A stretch of 64,000 bases of DNA from positions 12,021 through 76,020 of the forward strand of contig DASROF010000112.1 of NCBI GenBank assembly GCA_035647075.1, written 5' to 3'. Positions 1-8,052 of the stretch are shown one piece after another. Each line of letters begins with the position of its first letter. The stretch's first letter is position 1. The position numbers and the translations under genes were made by a program. The DNA is from Vicinamibacterales bacterium (lineage in GTDB: Bacteria; Acidobacteriota; Vicinamibacteria; Vicinamibacterales; UBA2999). The notes beneath the pieces are model-generated. The model searched no databases. It was not told the origin of the DNA and worked only from the letters and a program-made list of their open reading frames with translations.

Positions 1-2
1 CC

Positions 3-224
3 GAGTACCGCCGCGCCGCCCGCTACGACGATGAGCTTGAGATTCGCACTGGGGCAACGCTGATGTCGCCGGTTCGAGTGCGGTTTGACTACGAGATCTG
101 GCGGACCGGCGAGGATGCGCCCCTGGCCACCGGGCATACCATCCACGCGGCGATGGACCGACGGGGCCGTCCCTGCCGCCTCCCTCCGGCCGTGAGGGAG
201 CTGCTGTCGTCTATGTCAGAATAG
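3..224 (+). CDS. Acyl-CoA thioesterase, YbgC/4HBT hotdog-fold family (C-terminal fragment; 5' end outside window)
   Basis: Own translation of frame 3: EYRRAARYDDELEIRTGATLMSPVRVRFDYEIWRTGEDAPLATGHTIHAAMDRRGRPCRLP..., ending at TAG 222-224. Absent from the ORF track because no start lies in the window. The pattern resembles YbgC-type thioesterases. Confidence 0.6.
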   Translation, partial: EYRRAARYDDELEIRTGATLMSPVRVRFDYEIWRTGEDAPLATGHTIHAAMDRRGRPCRLPPAVRELLSSMSE

Positions 225-257
225 AGGTTTCATCCTGGTACTGACCTTCATCTCTGA

Positions 258-1040
258 ATGATTCGACATTTCGTTCGGCTCGGCGCGCTCACCGGCGCGC
301 TCCTGGTGGTGGCGTCATGCGCCTCCAAGGACGTGATCCCGCAAAACGTCGCGAACCCCGACCGGTTCCTGTTCGATCGCGGCGAAGCATCGCTCAAGAA
401 AGGGAAGTGGATCGAAGCTCGCGAGTACTTCAAGCAAGTCTTCGATAACTATCCGCAGAGCCCCCTGCGCCCGGAAGCCAAGCTCGGCATCGCCGACACC
501 TACCTCGGAGAGAAGTCCTCCGAGTCGCTGGTACTGGCCGACAGCGAGTATCGGGAGTTCCTCACCTACTACCCCCGTCATGCGCGTGCCGATTATGCGC
601 AGTACAAGCTGGCCATGACGTACTTCCAGCAGATGAAGGGCCCGGCGCGCGACCAGACGGCGACGCGCGAGGCGCTGACGGAGTTCCAGGCCTTCTTCGA
701 TCGTTTTCCCGACAGCCCGCTGACGCCCGACGTGCGGAAGAACTGGCGCATCGCCCGCGACCGGCTGAGCGACAGCGAGCTGGCGGTCGCGCAGACCTAC
801 CTGCGCATCGGCGTCCTGCGCGGAGCCGGGGCTCGGCTGCAGGGCATCCTCAAAGACGACCCGAACTTCACCAACCGCGATGCGGTGTATTTCGAACTGG
901 CGGAGCTTTACCTCAGAACCGATAACAAGACAGGAAAAGCACAAGCGCTTCCCTATTTCCAGCGCATCGTTGACGAGTTCACAACGAGCGAGTACCTGGA
1001 GCGGGCCCAGAAGCGGCTGAAAGAGCTGAACGTCAAGTAG
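258..1040 (+). CDS. bamD: Outer membrane protein assembly factor BamD-like TPR lipoprotein
   Basis: 260 aa with a lipoprotein-type signal (LLVVASCAS). TPR-like repeats with the YPxSxxxxxA motifs typical of BamD/YfiO (NYPQSPLRPEAKL, RFPDSPLTPD). Confidence 0.8.
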   Translation: MIRHFVRLGALTGALLVVASCASKDVIPQNVANPDRFLFDRGEASLKKGKWIEAREYFKQVFDNYPQSPLRPEAKLGIADTYLGEKSSESLVLADSEYREFLTYYPRHARADYAQYKLAMTYFQQMKGPARDQTATREALTEFQAFFDRFPDSPLTPDVRKNWRIARDRLSDSELAVAQTYLRIGVLRGAGARLQGILKDDPNFTNRDAVYFELAELYLRTDNKTGKAQALPYFQRIVDEFTTSEYLERAQKRLKELNVK

Positions 1041-1058
1041 TTATCGCGGAGAGGGGTA

Positions 1059-1823
1059 ATGACCAGACTGTCGGTGTTCCTGGGTACGGGCGCATGCGTG
1101 CTCGCAACCGCACTTCCTGTCTTTGCACAACGCGGACCCGCCCCGGCTCCGCAAACCCTGCCGGCGGACGTGATGTCGCTGGCCTGCGCGCCGGCCCTTG
1201 CCTATGAGGCGCCCGCGGTCGCGTTGCGTATCAGCGGTGGCCAGGAATCGGTACAGCGCCAGATCCACGCACCGGGCGACCTGGTCACGATCAACGCGGG
1301 CACCCGGGATGGCATCACGGTCGGGCAGGAGTTCTATACCCGACGCGTAATGAAGAGCGGCGACGGCGGTCTCAGCCACACCAATCCCGGGACGATTCGT
1401 ACGAGCGGCTGGATCCGCGTATGGGCCGTGGACGAGGACATGTCGCTCGCGACAATCACGCATGCCTGCGAGACCGTGGATCCGGGCGATTACCTCGAGC
1501 CATTCGTCGCGCCGACCGTGCCTCTGCCGTCGGAGCAGACCGGGCCTCCTGAACGGGGCAACTACGGTCTCGTGCTCTCCGGTCAGGACCGTCGGACCGA
1601 GTTCGGCCGCGGCGACTATCTCCTGATCAACCGCGGCAGCAGCCAGGGCGTCGCTCCGGGCGCCCGCTTCGTCGTCTATCACGACAAGAAGTCGCCGGGA
1701 AATTTCCTGTTCCAGATTGCCGAGGCCGTGGCCGTGGACGTCAAACCTGACACGTCGACCCTGCACGTCCTGAGCGCGATTGATGCGATCGCGACAGGCG
1801 ACTACGTCGGCATGCGGAAGTAA
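1059..1823 (+). CDS. Secreted hypothetical protein with two internally duplicated small barrel-like domains
   Basis: 254 aa with a signal peptide (ALPVFAQ) and a GGAGAGGGG Shine-Dalgarno sequence upstream. Two segments share the pattern GD-x-hydrophobic-x-IN-x-G-x3-G-hydrophobic-x2-G-x-x-F ... GDY. Confidence 0.6.
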   Translation: MTRLSVFLGTGACVLATALPVFAQRGPAPAPQTLPADVMSLACAPALAYEAPAVALRISGGQESVQRQIHAPGDLVTINAGTRDGITVGQEFYTRRVMKSGDGGLSHTNPGTIRTSGWIRVWAVDEDMSLATITHACETVDPGDYLEPFVAPTVPLPSEQTGPPERGNYGLVLSGQDRRTEFGRGDYLLINRGSSQGVAPGARFVVYHDKKSPGNFLFQIAEAVAVDVKPDTSTLHVLSAIDAIATGDYVGMRK

Positions 1824-1855
1824 CCGGTCAGTTCACGCTTCCCGGTTCTCTGTGC

Positions 1856-2503
1856 CTAGTTCGTGTTCGTAGTTCGTGTTCTGGGTTCGACGTGCGTGGT
1901 TCGACGCTCGGCTTCGCGACGTTCGCGGATGATGTTCACGTCGGTCACTCGCGCGTTGACCAGACGCTGGAACCGGCGGTAATAGTCGACAGCGGAGACG
2001 ATCGCCGCTGCCATCACGACCCACAGCGCCGCGTACCCGACCGGCGCCAGTGCGGGAATCGGACCCCATCCGACGATCAGCAGCAGGATAGCGGTCACCT
2101 GCGATCCCATCTTGATCTTGCCGAGCGGCGACGCCGGTATCGTGATCCCGCGCGAGTACGCCAGACTGCGCAGCGCGGTGATCGCGAACTCCCGTCCGAT
2201 GATGATCGCGACCATCCATGCCGGCGCCAGGTTCAATTGGACGAGCGAGATGAACGCCGCCGACGTCAGCAGCTTGTCGGCAATCGGATCGAGGATCTGG
2301 CCGAGCCATGTGACCTGGCGGCGTCTGCGGGCCAGATAACCGTCGAGCCAGTCGGTGAGCGACGCGATGCCGAAAATCGCGGCTGCGACAAACTCCTTCG
2401 GCACGCCGGCGATCCGGCTGCCTTCGAATTCCGTCAGCAACACGACGACCAGCAGCGGAACGAGCACCATCCGCGCGATGGTCAGACTGTTCGGTAAGTT
2501 CAT
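1856..2503 (-). CDS. pgsA: CDP-diacylglycerol--glycerol-3-phosphate 3-phosphatidyltransferase
   Basis: 215 aa. NLPNSLTIARM start and the CDP-alcohol phosphatidyltransferase motif DWLDGYLARRRRQVTWLGQILDPIADKLL, with multiple TM segments. Confidence 0.85.
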   Translation of the reverse strand: MNLPNSLTIARMVLVPLLVVVLLTEFEGSRIAGVPKEFVAAAIFGIASLTDWLDGYLARRRRQVTWLGQILDPIADKLLTSAAFISLVQLNLAPAWMVAIIIGREFAITALRSLAYSRGITIPASPLGKIKMGSQVTAILLLIVGWGPIPALAPVGYAALWVVMAAAIVSAVDYYRRFQRLVNARVTDVNIIRERREAERRTTHVEPRTRTTNTN

Positions 2504-2520
2504 GATTCCGGGGACGTTGT

Positions 2521-2537
2521 GATTTTACAGTAAAATC
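2521..2537. promoter_or_regulatory. Perfect 17-bp palindrome GATTTTAC-A-GTAAAATC in the 44-bp pgsA / NDP-sugar pyrophosphorylase divergent region
   Basis: Read directly. Each arm contains TAAAAT on its own strand (-10-like). It is the only AT-rich patch in this intergenic region. Confidence 0.45.
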
Positions 2538-2547
2538 GAGGTTTGTC

Positions 2548-3606
2548 ATGAAGGCGATCCTTCTCGCCGGAGGGAAGGGCACGCGATTGCGTCCCCTCAC
2601 CATCCACACGCCGAAACCAATCGTTCCGATCTTCAGTCGGCCGTTTCTGCACTATCAGATCGATCTGCTGAAGCAGGTGCCGGAGATTGACGAGGTCATC
2701 CTCAGCCTGAACTATCAGCCGCGCCGCATTGAAGAAATCTTCGGCGACGGTTCGGACGCAGGCATTTCGATCCGGTATGTCGTCGAACCGGCGCCTCTTG
2801 GGACCGCCGGCGCGGTTCGGTATGCCGGCGACAACCTCACCGAGTCCGTGGTCGTCTTCAATGGTGACGTGCTGACCCAGATCGACCTCGGCGCAGTACT
2901 TCAGCTGCATCGTGAGCGTCAGGCCAAGGCGACTATCGTACTGACGCCGGTCGAGAACCCAACCGCGTATGGGCTGGTGGAAACCGACGCCACCGGCAAC
3001 GTCACGCGGTTCCTCGAGAAGCCGAACCCCGACGAGATCACGACCAACAACATCAATGCCGGGATCTACGTGCTCGAGCCCGACACCTTCGACCGGATTC
3101 CGAAGGACGTGTCCTGGTCGATCGAGCGGAGCTACTTTCCATCGCTCATCGAGCGCGGCGAGACATTTGTCGCCTACGTGTACGACGGGTACTGGATCGA
3201 TATCGGCACCCCGGACAAATACACTCAGGTGCATCGCGACATCATGGACGGTAAATACGCCGCGACTCCATTCCGGGGGCTGCCACGCGGGCACGCGGCC
3301 GTCGCGGCGGACGCCCGGGTCGAGCCAGGGGCAACGATTGACGGTCCGTGCTTCATCGACGAAGGCGTGACGATCAAGGCAGGCGCGCGTGTCGGCCCGT
3401 ACTCTGTCATCGGCCGGCAGTCGCAGGTGGACGAGAATGCAATCGTCGAAGGCGCGATCATCTGGCCGAACTGCCGGATCAGTCGTGATGCCGTGATTCG
3501 CAATGCGATCGTCGGTCGCAACTGCCATGTCGGGCGCAACGTCACGCTCGACCATGGCGCCGTCCTCGGCGACAAAACGACGTTGACCGATTTCACACGG
3601 GCATGA
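2548..3606 (+). CDS. Sugar-1-phosphate nucleotidylyltransferase (mannose-1-P guanylyltransferase-like) with C-terminal left-handed beta-helix
   Basis: 352 aa. N-terminal MKAILLAGGKGTRLRPLT signature and C-terminal hexapeptide repeats. Overlaps the downstream phosphomannomutase by 4 nt (ATGA). Confidence 0.85.
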   Translation: MKAILLAGGKGTRLRPLTIHTPKPIVPIFSRPFLHYQIDLLKQVPEIDEVILSLNYQPRRIEEIFGDGSDAGISIRYVVEPAPLGTAGAVRYAGDNLTESVVVFNGDVLTQIDLGAVLQLHRERQAKATIVLTPVENPTAYGLVETDATGNVTRFLEKPNPDEITTNNINAGIYVLEPDTFDRIPKDVSWSIERSYFPSLIERGETFVAYVYDGYWIDIGTPDKYTQVHRDIMDGKYAATPFRGLPRGHAAVAADARVEPGATIDGPCFIDEGVTIKAGARVGPYSVIGRQSQVDENAIVEGAIIWPNCRISRDAVIRNAIVGRNCHVGRNVTLDHGAVLGDKTTLTDFTRA

Positions 3607-4958
3607 ACATCAATCCGGATATCTTCAAGGCGTACGACATCCGCGGCCTCTACCCTGCTGAACTCAACGAAGAAATCGCGCGCCAGATCGGGCGTGGATT
3701 TGCCGCCTATCTCCAGCCGAAGGCCATCGCGGTCTCTCGCGACATGCGGGTCTCGTCGCCGGCGATTGCTGCCGCGTTTATCGACGGCGTCCTGATGCAG
3801 GGCGTTGACGTGATCGACTACGGGATGCTCGGCACTGACCAGTTGTACTTCGCCGTCGTCGAGGATGGGCTGGACGGTGGCGCGCAGATTACCGCCTCCC
3901 ACAACCCCGGCAGATACAACGGCATCAAGATGGTCCGGAGTGGAGCGCTCCCGCTCAGCGGTGACGCAGGCATCGGCGACATCCGTGACATGCTCGCGGG
4001 CGCGCGGCTTCCGGCGCCCGCAGCGAAGCCGGGATCGCTCACGAAACGCGAGGTGCTCCCCCGCTACGTGGAAAAGGTGCTCTCGTTCATCGACACCACG
4101 TCGATCAAGCCGTTCAACGTCGTTCTGGACGCGGGAAGCGGCATGGCCGGTCTCGTGGCGCCGCGACTCTTCGAGCGCCTGCCGTGCAAGGTCACCGCGC
4201 TCTGTTTCACCATCGACGGCACCTTCCCCACCCACGAAGCCAACCCGCTGCTCGAAGAAAACCGGCGCGACATCACCGAGGAAGTCGTCCGGCAGAAGGC
4301 GGACATCGGTATTGCATGGGATGGAGACGCCGACCGCTGCTTCTTCATTGACGGGAGCGGGGAATTCATTTCCGGCGATTTCGTCACTGCGCTCCTGGCC
4401 GAGGCGTTCCTGCTGAAGAACCCCGGCGCGACAGTAATCTACGATCTTCGCGCGAGTCATGCCGTCCGTGACACCGCGGCGCGCCATGGCGGCAAAGCCT
4501 TGATGAACCGCGTCGGGCACGCGTTTATCAAACAACGGATGCGCCAGGAGGACGGCATCTTCGCGGGCGAGGTGACCGGCCACTACTACTTCCGCGATTT
4601 CTACTACGCGGACAACGGCTTCATCCCGGCCCTCCTGATTCTCGAACTGATGTCGAAAAAGAATCAGTCGCTGCGCGACTTGCTCGCGCCGTATCGCGAG
4701 CGCTACTTCATCTCAGGAGAGATCAACACGAAACTCGGCAGCATGAGCGAGGTGCCGGAAAAGCTCGCGGCGATCGAAGCCCGCTACAAGGACGCCGAGA
4801 TCGCGCTGATGGACGGCGTGTCAGTAGACTACCCAGACTGGCACTTCAACGTGCGGGCGTCGAATACGGAGCCGTTGCTCCGGCTGAATCTCGAGGCGGC
4901 AACGCCGGAAATGATGGAGAAACGCCGCGACGAAGTGCTGCAGGTGATTCGCGGGTAA
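3603..4958 (+). CDS. Phosphomannomutase/phosphoglucomutase
   Basis: 451 aa. Active-site loop TASHNPGRYNGIK, Mg-binding WDGDADR, C-terminal SNTEP. Confidence 0.9.
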   Translation: MNINPDIFKAYDIRGLYPAELNEEIARQIGRGFAAYLQPKAIAVSRDMRVSSPAIAAAFIDGVLMQGVDVIDYGMLGTDQLYFAVVEDGLDGGAQITASHNPGRYNGIKMVRSGALPLSGDAGIGDIRDMLAGARLPAPAAKPGSLTKREVLPRYVEKVLSFIDTTSIKPFNVVLDAGSGMAGLVAPRLFERLPCKVTALCFTIDGTFPTHEANPLLEENRRDITEEVVRQKADIGIAWDGDADRCFFIDGSGEFISGDFVTALLAEAFLLKNPGATVIYDLRASHAVRDTAARHGGKALMNRVGHAFIKQRMRQEDGIFAGEVTGHYYFRDFYYADNGFIPALLILELMSKKNQSLRDLLAPYRERYFISGEINTKLGSMSEVPEKLAAIEARYKDAEIALMDGVSVDYPDWHFNVRASNTEPLLRLNLEAATPEMMEKRRDEVLQVIRG

Positions 4959-4978
4959 AATACCCTCACCTACCGGAC

Positions 4979-5053
4979 GCGGGAGTAGTTCAGCGGTAGA
5001 ACGCGAGCTTCCCAAGCTCGATGTCGCGGGTTCGATCCCCGTCTCCCGCTCCA
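4979..5053 (+). tRNA. tRNA-Gly (anticodon CCC), CCA encoded
   Basis: Hand-folded cloverleaf. Acceptor GCGGGAG/CTCCCGC, D arm GTTC..GAAC, anticodon stem CGAGC/GCTCG with loop TTCCCAA, T arm GCGGG TTCGATC CCCGT, then T-CCA. Confidence 0.9.
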
Positions 5054-5130
5054 ATCTTCGCTCACGTCCCGACGTTCTACCGCCGTCTTGTAGATTCCGT
5101 AATGCAGGACGATGTCGAGATTGGCGCGAG

Positions 5131-5586
5131 TCAAGCCGATTGTGCACCCATAACCAGCCAATCTGGACTGCAGCACAGACGACGATGAGCGCGAGTACGC
5201 TGCCCACCACGTAAGGCGACACCGCTCAACTCGCCAGCAGACAGGTTGAGCATCAGGGAGATGAACCGCAGGTAGTCGGACGCCGGCGTCCACGGAAAGC
5301 GATAGTTCTCCACCGCCGGCTGGAACACGTAGCCTCTCATGAAAAGCGCCCAGCCGCCGGCGCTCACTACGAGACCCGCCAGCGCCAGCCACACGCGACG
5401 CTCGCATCGTGGAGCCGGATGGGGTTCACCCTGGAAAAGCGGGCGATAGAACTCCCACTGATCCCAGAACATCACGTTGGGCTGAAAGCGCGCCACCATG
5501 ACAATCCAATTGACGTACAGAAGCGCGCACAACACCCAGATGACTCGAACAGCCCTGCGAGCGTGGTCAGGCAGGTGGTCTTTCAC
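5131..5586 (-). CDS. Hypothetical membrane protein, possibly truncated or frameshifted at its 3' end
   Basis: 151 aa with a GTG start 7 nt after the upstream OMP stop. Hydrophobic N-terminal two-thirds, but an Arg-rich, out-of-frame-looking tail. An alternative frame (ORF 4821..5222) encodes a clean TM helix, VVGSVLALIVVCAAVQIGWLWV. Confidence 0.4.
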   Translation of the reverse strand: MKDHLPDHARRAVRVIWVLCALLYVNWIVMVARFQPNVMFWDQWEFYRPLFQGEPHPAPRCERRVWLALAGLVVSAGGWALFMRGYVFQPAVENYRFPWTPASDYLRFISLMLNLSAGELSGVALRGGQRTRAHRRLCCSPDWLVMGAQSA

Positions 5587-5593
5587 CTAAAGC

Positions 5594-6220
5594 CTATCGA
5601 ATCGACATCCCGGCACTGACGGCAAAGACGCTGACCCGGGGTGTCACATCCCCGCCCGCCATTTGATGCGCGCGCAGGTCGATGCTGAACGCCACTCGCG
5701 GCTTGATGAACCAGCGCGCCCCGCCGCCGAAGTTCAGTGACCGCCGCAGGCCGGATTCCTCCGTCCCCGGCGACGCGTCCGTCGCCTCAGTGTTCACGCT
5801 GCCGATGCCGAGGCCTGCGCTGAGGTAGCTCCAGCCGTCCCGGGAGCCGAAGTTGAAGGAGATTTGCGGGGCGATGACTCGCATGGTCAACGACAGACGC
5901 TGACCGACAGTGGCGGAACCCTCCTGAGTACTTGCAGGCGCGGTCGTGGTCGCGCGGACGAACATGACGCCGCCACCCAGGCCCACGCGGGCAGGCCCAA
6001 CATCGAACAGGTACACGTGCCCGCCCACGTCGGCGCCGAAGCCACGGCTTGGAACGACGGTTGGTGTCAGCGTCGGATAGAAGCTGGCATCCGTGGGGAC
6101 CGCACTGGTGACGCCGCGAACGTCCAGCACCCACGGCCCCGGCGGTGAGGTCGTCTGTCCCGCAGCCGGAACCGCGATCAGGATCGCCGTCGCTGCCCCC
6201 CAGGCCGCCGCCCGAAGCAC
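5594..6220 (-). CDS. Small outer-membrane beta-barrel protein (OmpA-like/OmpW-like 8-strand class)
   Basis: 208 aa with a signal peptide (AVPAAGQ) and alternating Gly/aromatic beta-strand pattern. The GTG start overlaps the upstream TAG by 1 nt (TAGTG). Confidence 0.6.
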   Translation of the reverse strand: MLRAAAWGAATAILIAVPAAGQTTSPPGPWVLDVRGVTSAVPTDASFYPTLTPTVVPSRGFGADVGGHVYLFDVGPARVGLGGGVMFVRATTTAPASTQEGSATVGQRLSLTMRVIAPQISFNFGSRDGWSYLSAGLGIGSVNTEATDASPGTEESGLRRSLNFGGGARWFIKPRVAFSIDLRAHQMAGGDVTPRVSVFAVSAGMSIR

Positions 6221-6483
6221 TACTTCGCGCTCGTCTTTCGACGTTCGGCCCAGTACTTGCGCATGCGCTCAGATACTTCCTTGCGCTGCGCGGCGCTCAT
6301 CGCCGGACGGCGGCGTTTCCGTGCGCCGCCCGCTTTCGCGCCCTGACCGCTGCCACGCCGTCCGCCGAACAGCTCGGGGAATTCGGCTCGTATCGCCGAC
6401 TCCTCCTCACGTAGCTGCTCGAGCCTGGCGACGGCTCCGAGACGCGCCAGCCGACGCAGTTGTTCCTGGTTCAGATTAGCCAC
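6220..6483 (-). CDS. Small basic coiled-coil protein (possible nucleic-acid binding), hypothetical
   Basis: 87 aa. N-terminal heptad-like LRRLARLGAVARLEQLREEE, a Gly/Arg/Lys linker, and C-terminal MSAAQRKEVSERMRKYWAERRK. Confidence 0.55.
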   Translation of the reverse strand: MANLNQEQLRRLARLGAVARLEQLREEESAIRAEFPELFGGRRGSGQGAKAGGARKRRRPAMSAAQRKEVSERMRKYWAERRKTSAK

Positions 6484-6519
6484 GTATGACTCCTCAGCCG
6501 ACCTGCGGTCAGCCTTTCC

Positions 6520-7392
6520 CTAATAGCCCTTGCTGGTGGGGACCGGCTTCTCGCCCCTCGACTCCTGCACGATCCGCACGCCCGCGCTCGCGCCGATTCG
6601 TGTCGCGCCCGCCGCCACCATCGCCTGCAATCCTTCGAGGTCGCGCACGCCGCCGGCGGCCTTCACGCCCATCTCCGCTCCGACTACCCGGCGCATCAAG
6701 GCTACATCGGCCACGGTCGCGCCCCCCGGCCCGAATCCGGTTGACGTCTTCACGAAGTCCGCGCCAGCGGCCTTCGCCACCGTGCATGCGGCGATCTTCT
6801 CCTCGTCACTGAGCAGCGCGGCCTCGATGATCACCTTGCTGAGGGCACCAACTTCTCGGCAGGGGACGCTCACCGCTTCGATGTCTCGTTCAACGAGACG
6901 GAGGTCTCCGGATTTGAGCGCGCCGACGTTGATGACCATGTCGATCTCGCGCGCGCCGTCGAAGAGCGCCCGCCGGGTCTCATAATGCTTCGCATCCGCC
7001 GTCGTCGCGCCCAGCGGGAACCCGACTACGGAGCAGACCCGCACCGGAGTCTCGCGCAACAACCGCGCACAGTCGGCGACCCAGGTCGGATTGACGCACA
7101 CGCTCGCAAAGCCGTACTCCGCCGCCTCACGGCACAGCGCTTCGATGTCCCTGCGTGTCGCATCCGGCTTCAACAACGTGTGGTCGATCATCGACGCCAC
7201 GCCTGCGGCCGCACCGCCGCTGGCGTGAATGCCCAGCCGGGTCGCACCGGCTTCGATCACTCCCCGCAGGCGGTCCGGGCAGCATTCATACAGGAGCGCA
7301 TGGCAGTCGCAACGCCGTGGAGGCGTCCGCGCCGCAGCCGCCAGTTCCTCGACGATGATGTCAACCAGGCGTTGAAGGTCGGCTCGTTCCAT
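6520..7392 (-). CDS. deoC: Deoxyribose-phosphate aldolase with a ~65-aa N-terminal extension
   Basis: 290 aa. DERA core is [11 protein letters not shown]...ASVCVNP...KVIIE...[10 protein letters not shown]. The start overlaps the rpiB-family stop (TGATG). Confidence 0.85.
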   Translation of the reverse strand: MERADLQRLVDIIVEELAAAARTPPRRCDCHALLYECCPDRLRGVIEAGATRLGIHASGGAAAGVASMIDHTLLKPDATRRDIEALCREAAEYGFASVCVNPTWVADCARLLRETPVRVCSVVGFPLGATTADAKHYETRRALFDGAREIDMVINVGALKSGDLRLVERDIEAVSVPCREVGALSKVIIEAALLSDEEKIAACTVAKAAGADFVKTSTGFGPGGATVADVALMRRVVGAEMGVKAAGGVRDLEGLQAMVAAGATRIGASAGVRIVQESRGEKPVPTSKGY

Positions 7393-8027
7393 CAGGTCCG
7401 TGGTCGGGTTTCGAGTTCACGGATCTTGGCCAGCCGGCGGATGTAGCGCGGCTCTCGCATCGGCGTGGCCAGGAATGTATCGACGATGGGCAGGGTCTCC
7501 TCCGCGGTGACGAGCGTCGATCCGAGGGCGAGCACGTTCGCACCGTTGTGCTGACGCGCGTAGCGCGCCAGCGTCTCATTCAGACACATCGCTGCGCGGG
7601 CTCCGCGAATCTTATTGGCAGCGATCGTCGACCCCAGACCGGATCCGTCGATCACAATCGCGGCGTCGGCCTCCCCCCGCGCCACGGCCAGTGCCGCCGC
7701 TGACGCCGTGTCCGGATAATCAACCGGATCGCTGGTCGTGGTCCCCAGGTCGTGAACGGCAACGCCTCGCCCGCGCAGGTGCGCGATGATGGCACGCTTC
7801 AGCGCCAGCGAGGTGTGATCGCCTGCGATCGCGACTGTTCGGATATCGGCGCGCGGCGCAAGGCTCGACGCGTCCTCGGTCGCCCCTTCGCTCGTGACGG
7901 CGATGCGGCGTGCGTTCAATGTGTCCTGCGCGAGCGGTGTAATGTGGCCTCCCGCGACGAGGACGATCGTGGTTCCCGGTTCCAGCACACGGGCGTCCGC
8001 CTCAGTGATCATCTGAAACCGCTTCAC
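7392..8027 (-). CDS. RpiB/LacA/LacB-family sugar-phosphate isomerase with a ~65-aa N-terminal extra domain
   Basis: 211 aa. The C-terminal ~145 aa align by eye to E. coli RpiB (IAGDH..., [24 protein letters not shown]). Confidence 0.8.
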   Translation of the reverse strand: MKRFQMITEADARVLEPGTTIVLVAGGHITPLAQDTLNARRIAVTSEGATEDASSLAPRADIRTVAIAGDHTSLALKRAIIAHLRGRGVAVHDLGTTTSDPVDYPDTASAAALAVARGEADAAIVIDGSGLGSTIAANKIRGARAAMCLNETLARYARQHNGANVLALGSTLVTAEETLPIVDTFLATPMREPRYIRRLAKIRELETRPRT

Positions 8028-8052
8028 GCCGCGCTATGTTACCCTCGCGCCA

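Noticed and set aside
4959-5130. Integrated mobile element or genomic island at tRNA-Gly
   Set aside because: I saw no integrase, no transposase, no direct repeat of the tRNA 3' end and no compositional shift in the flanking genes. Only the possibly truncated membrane gene remains noteworthy.
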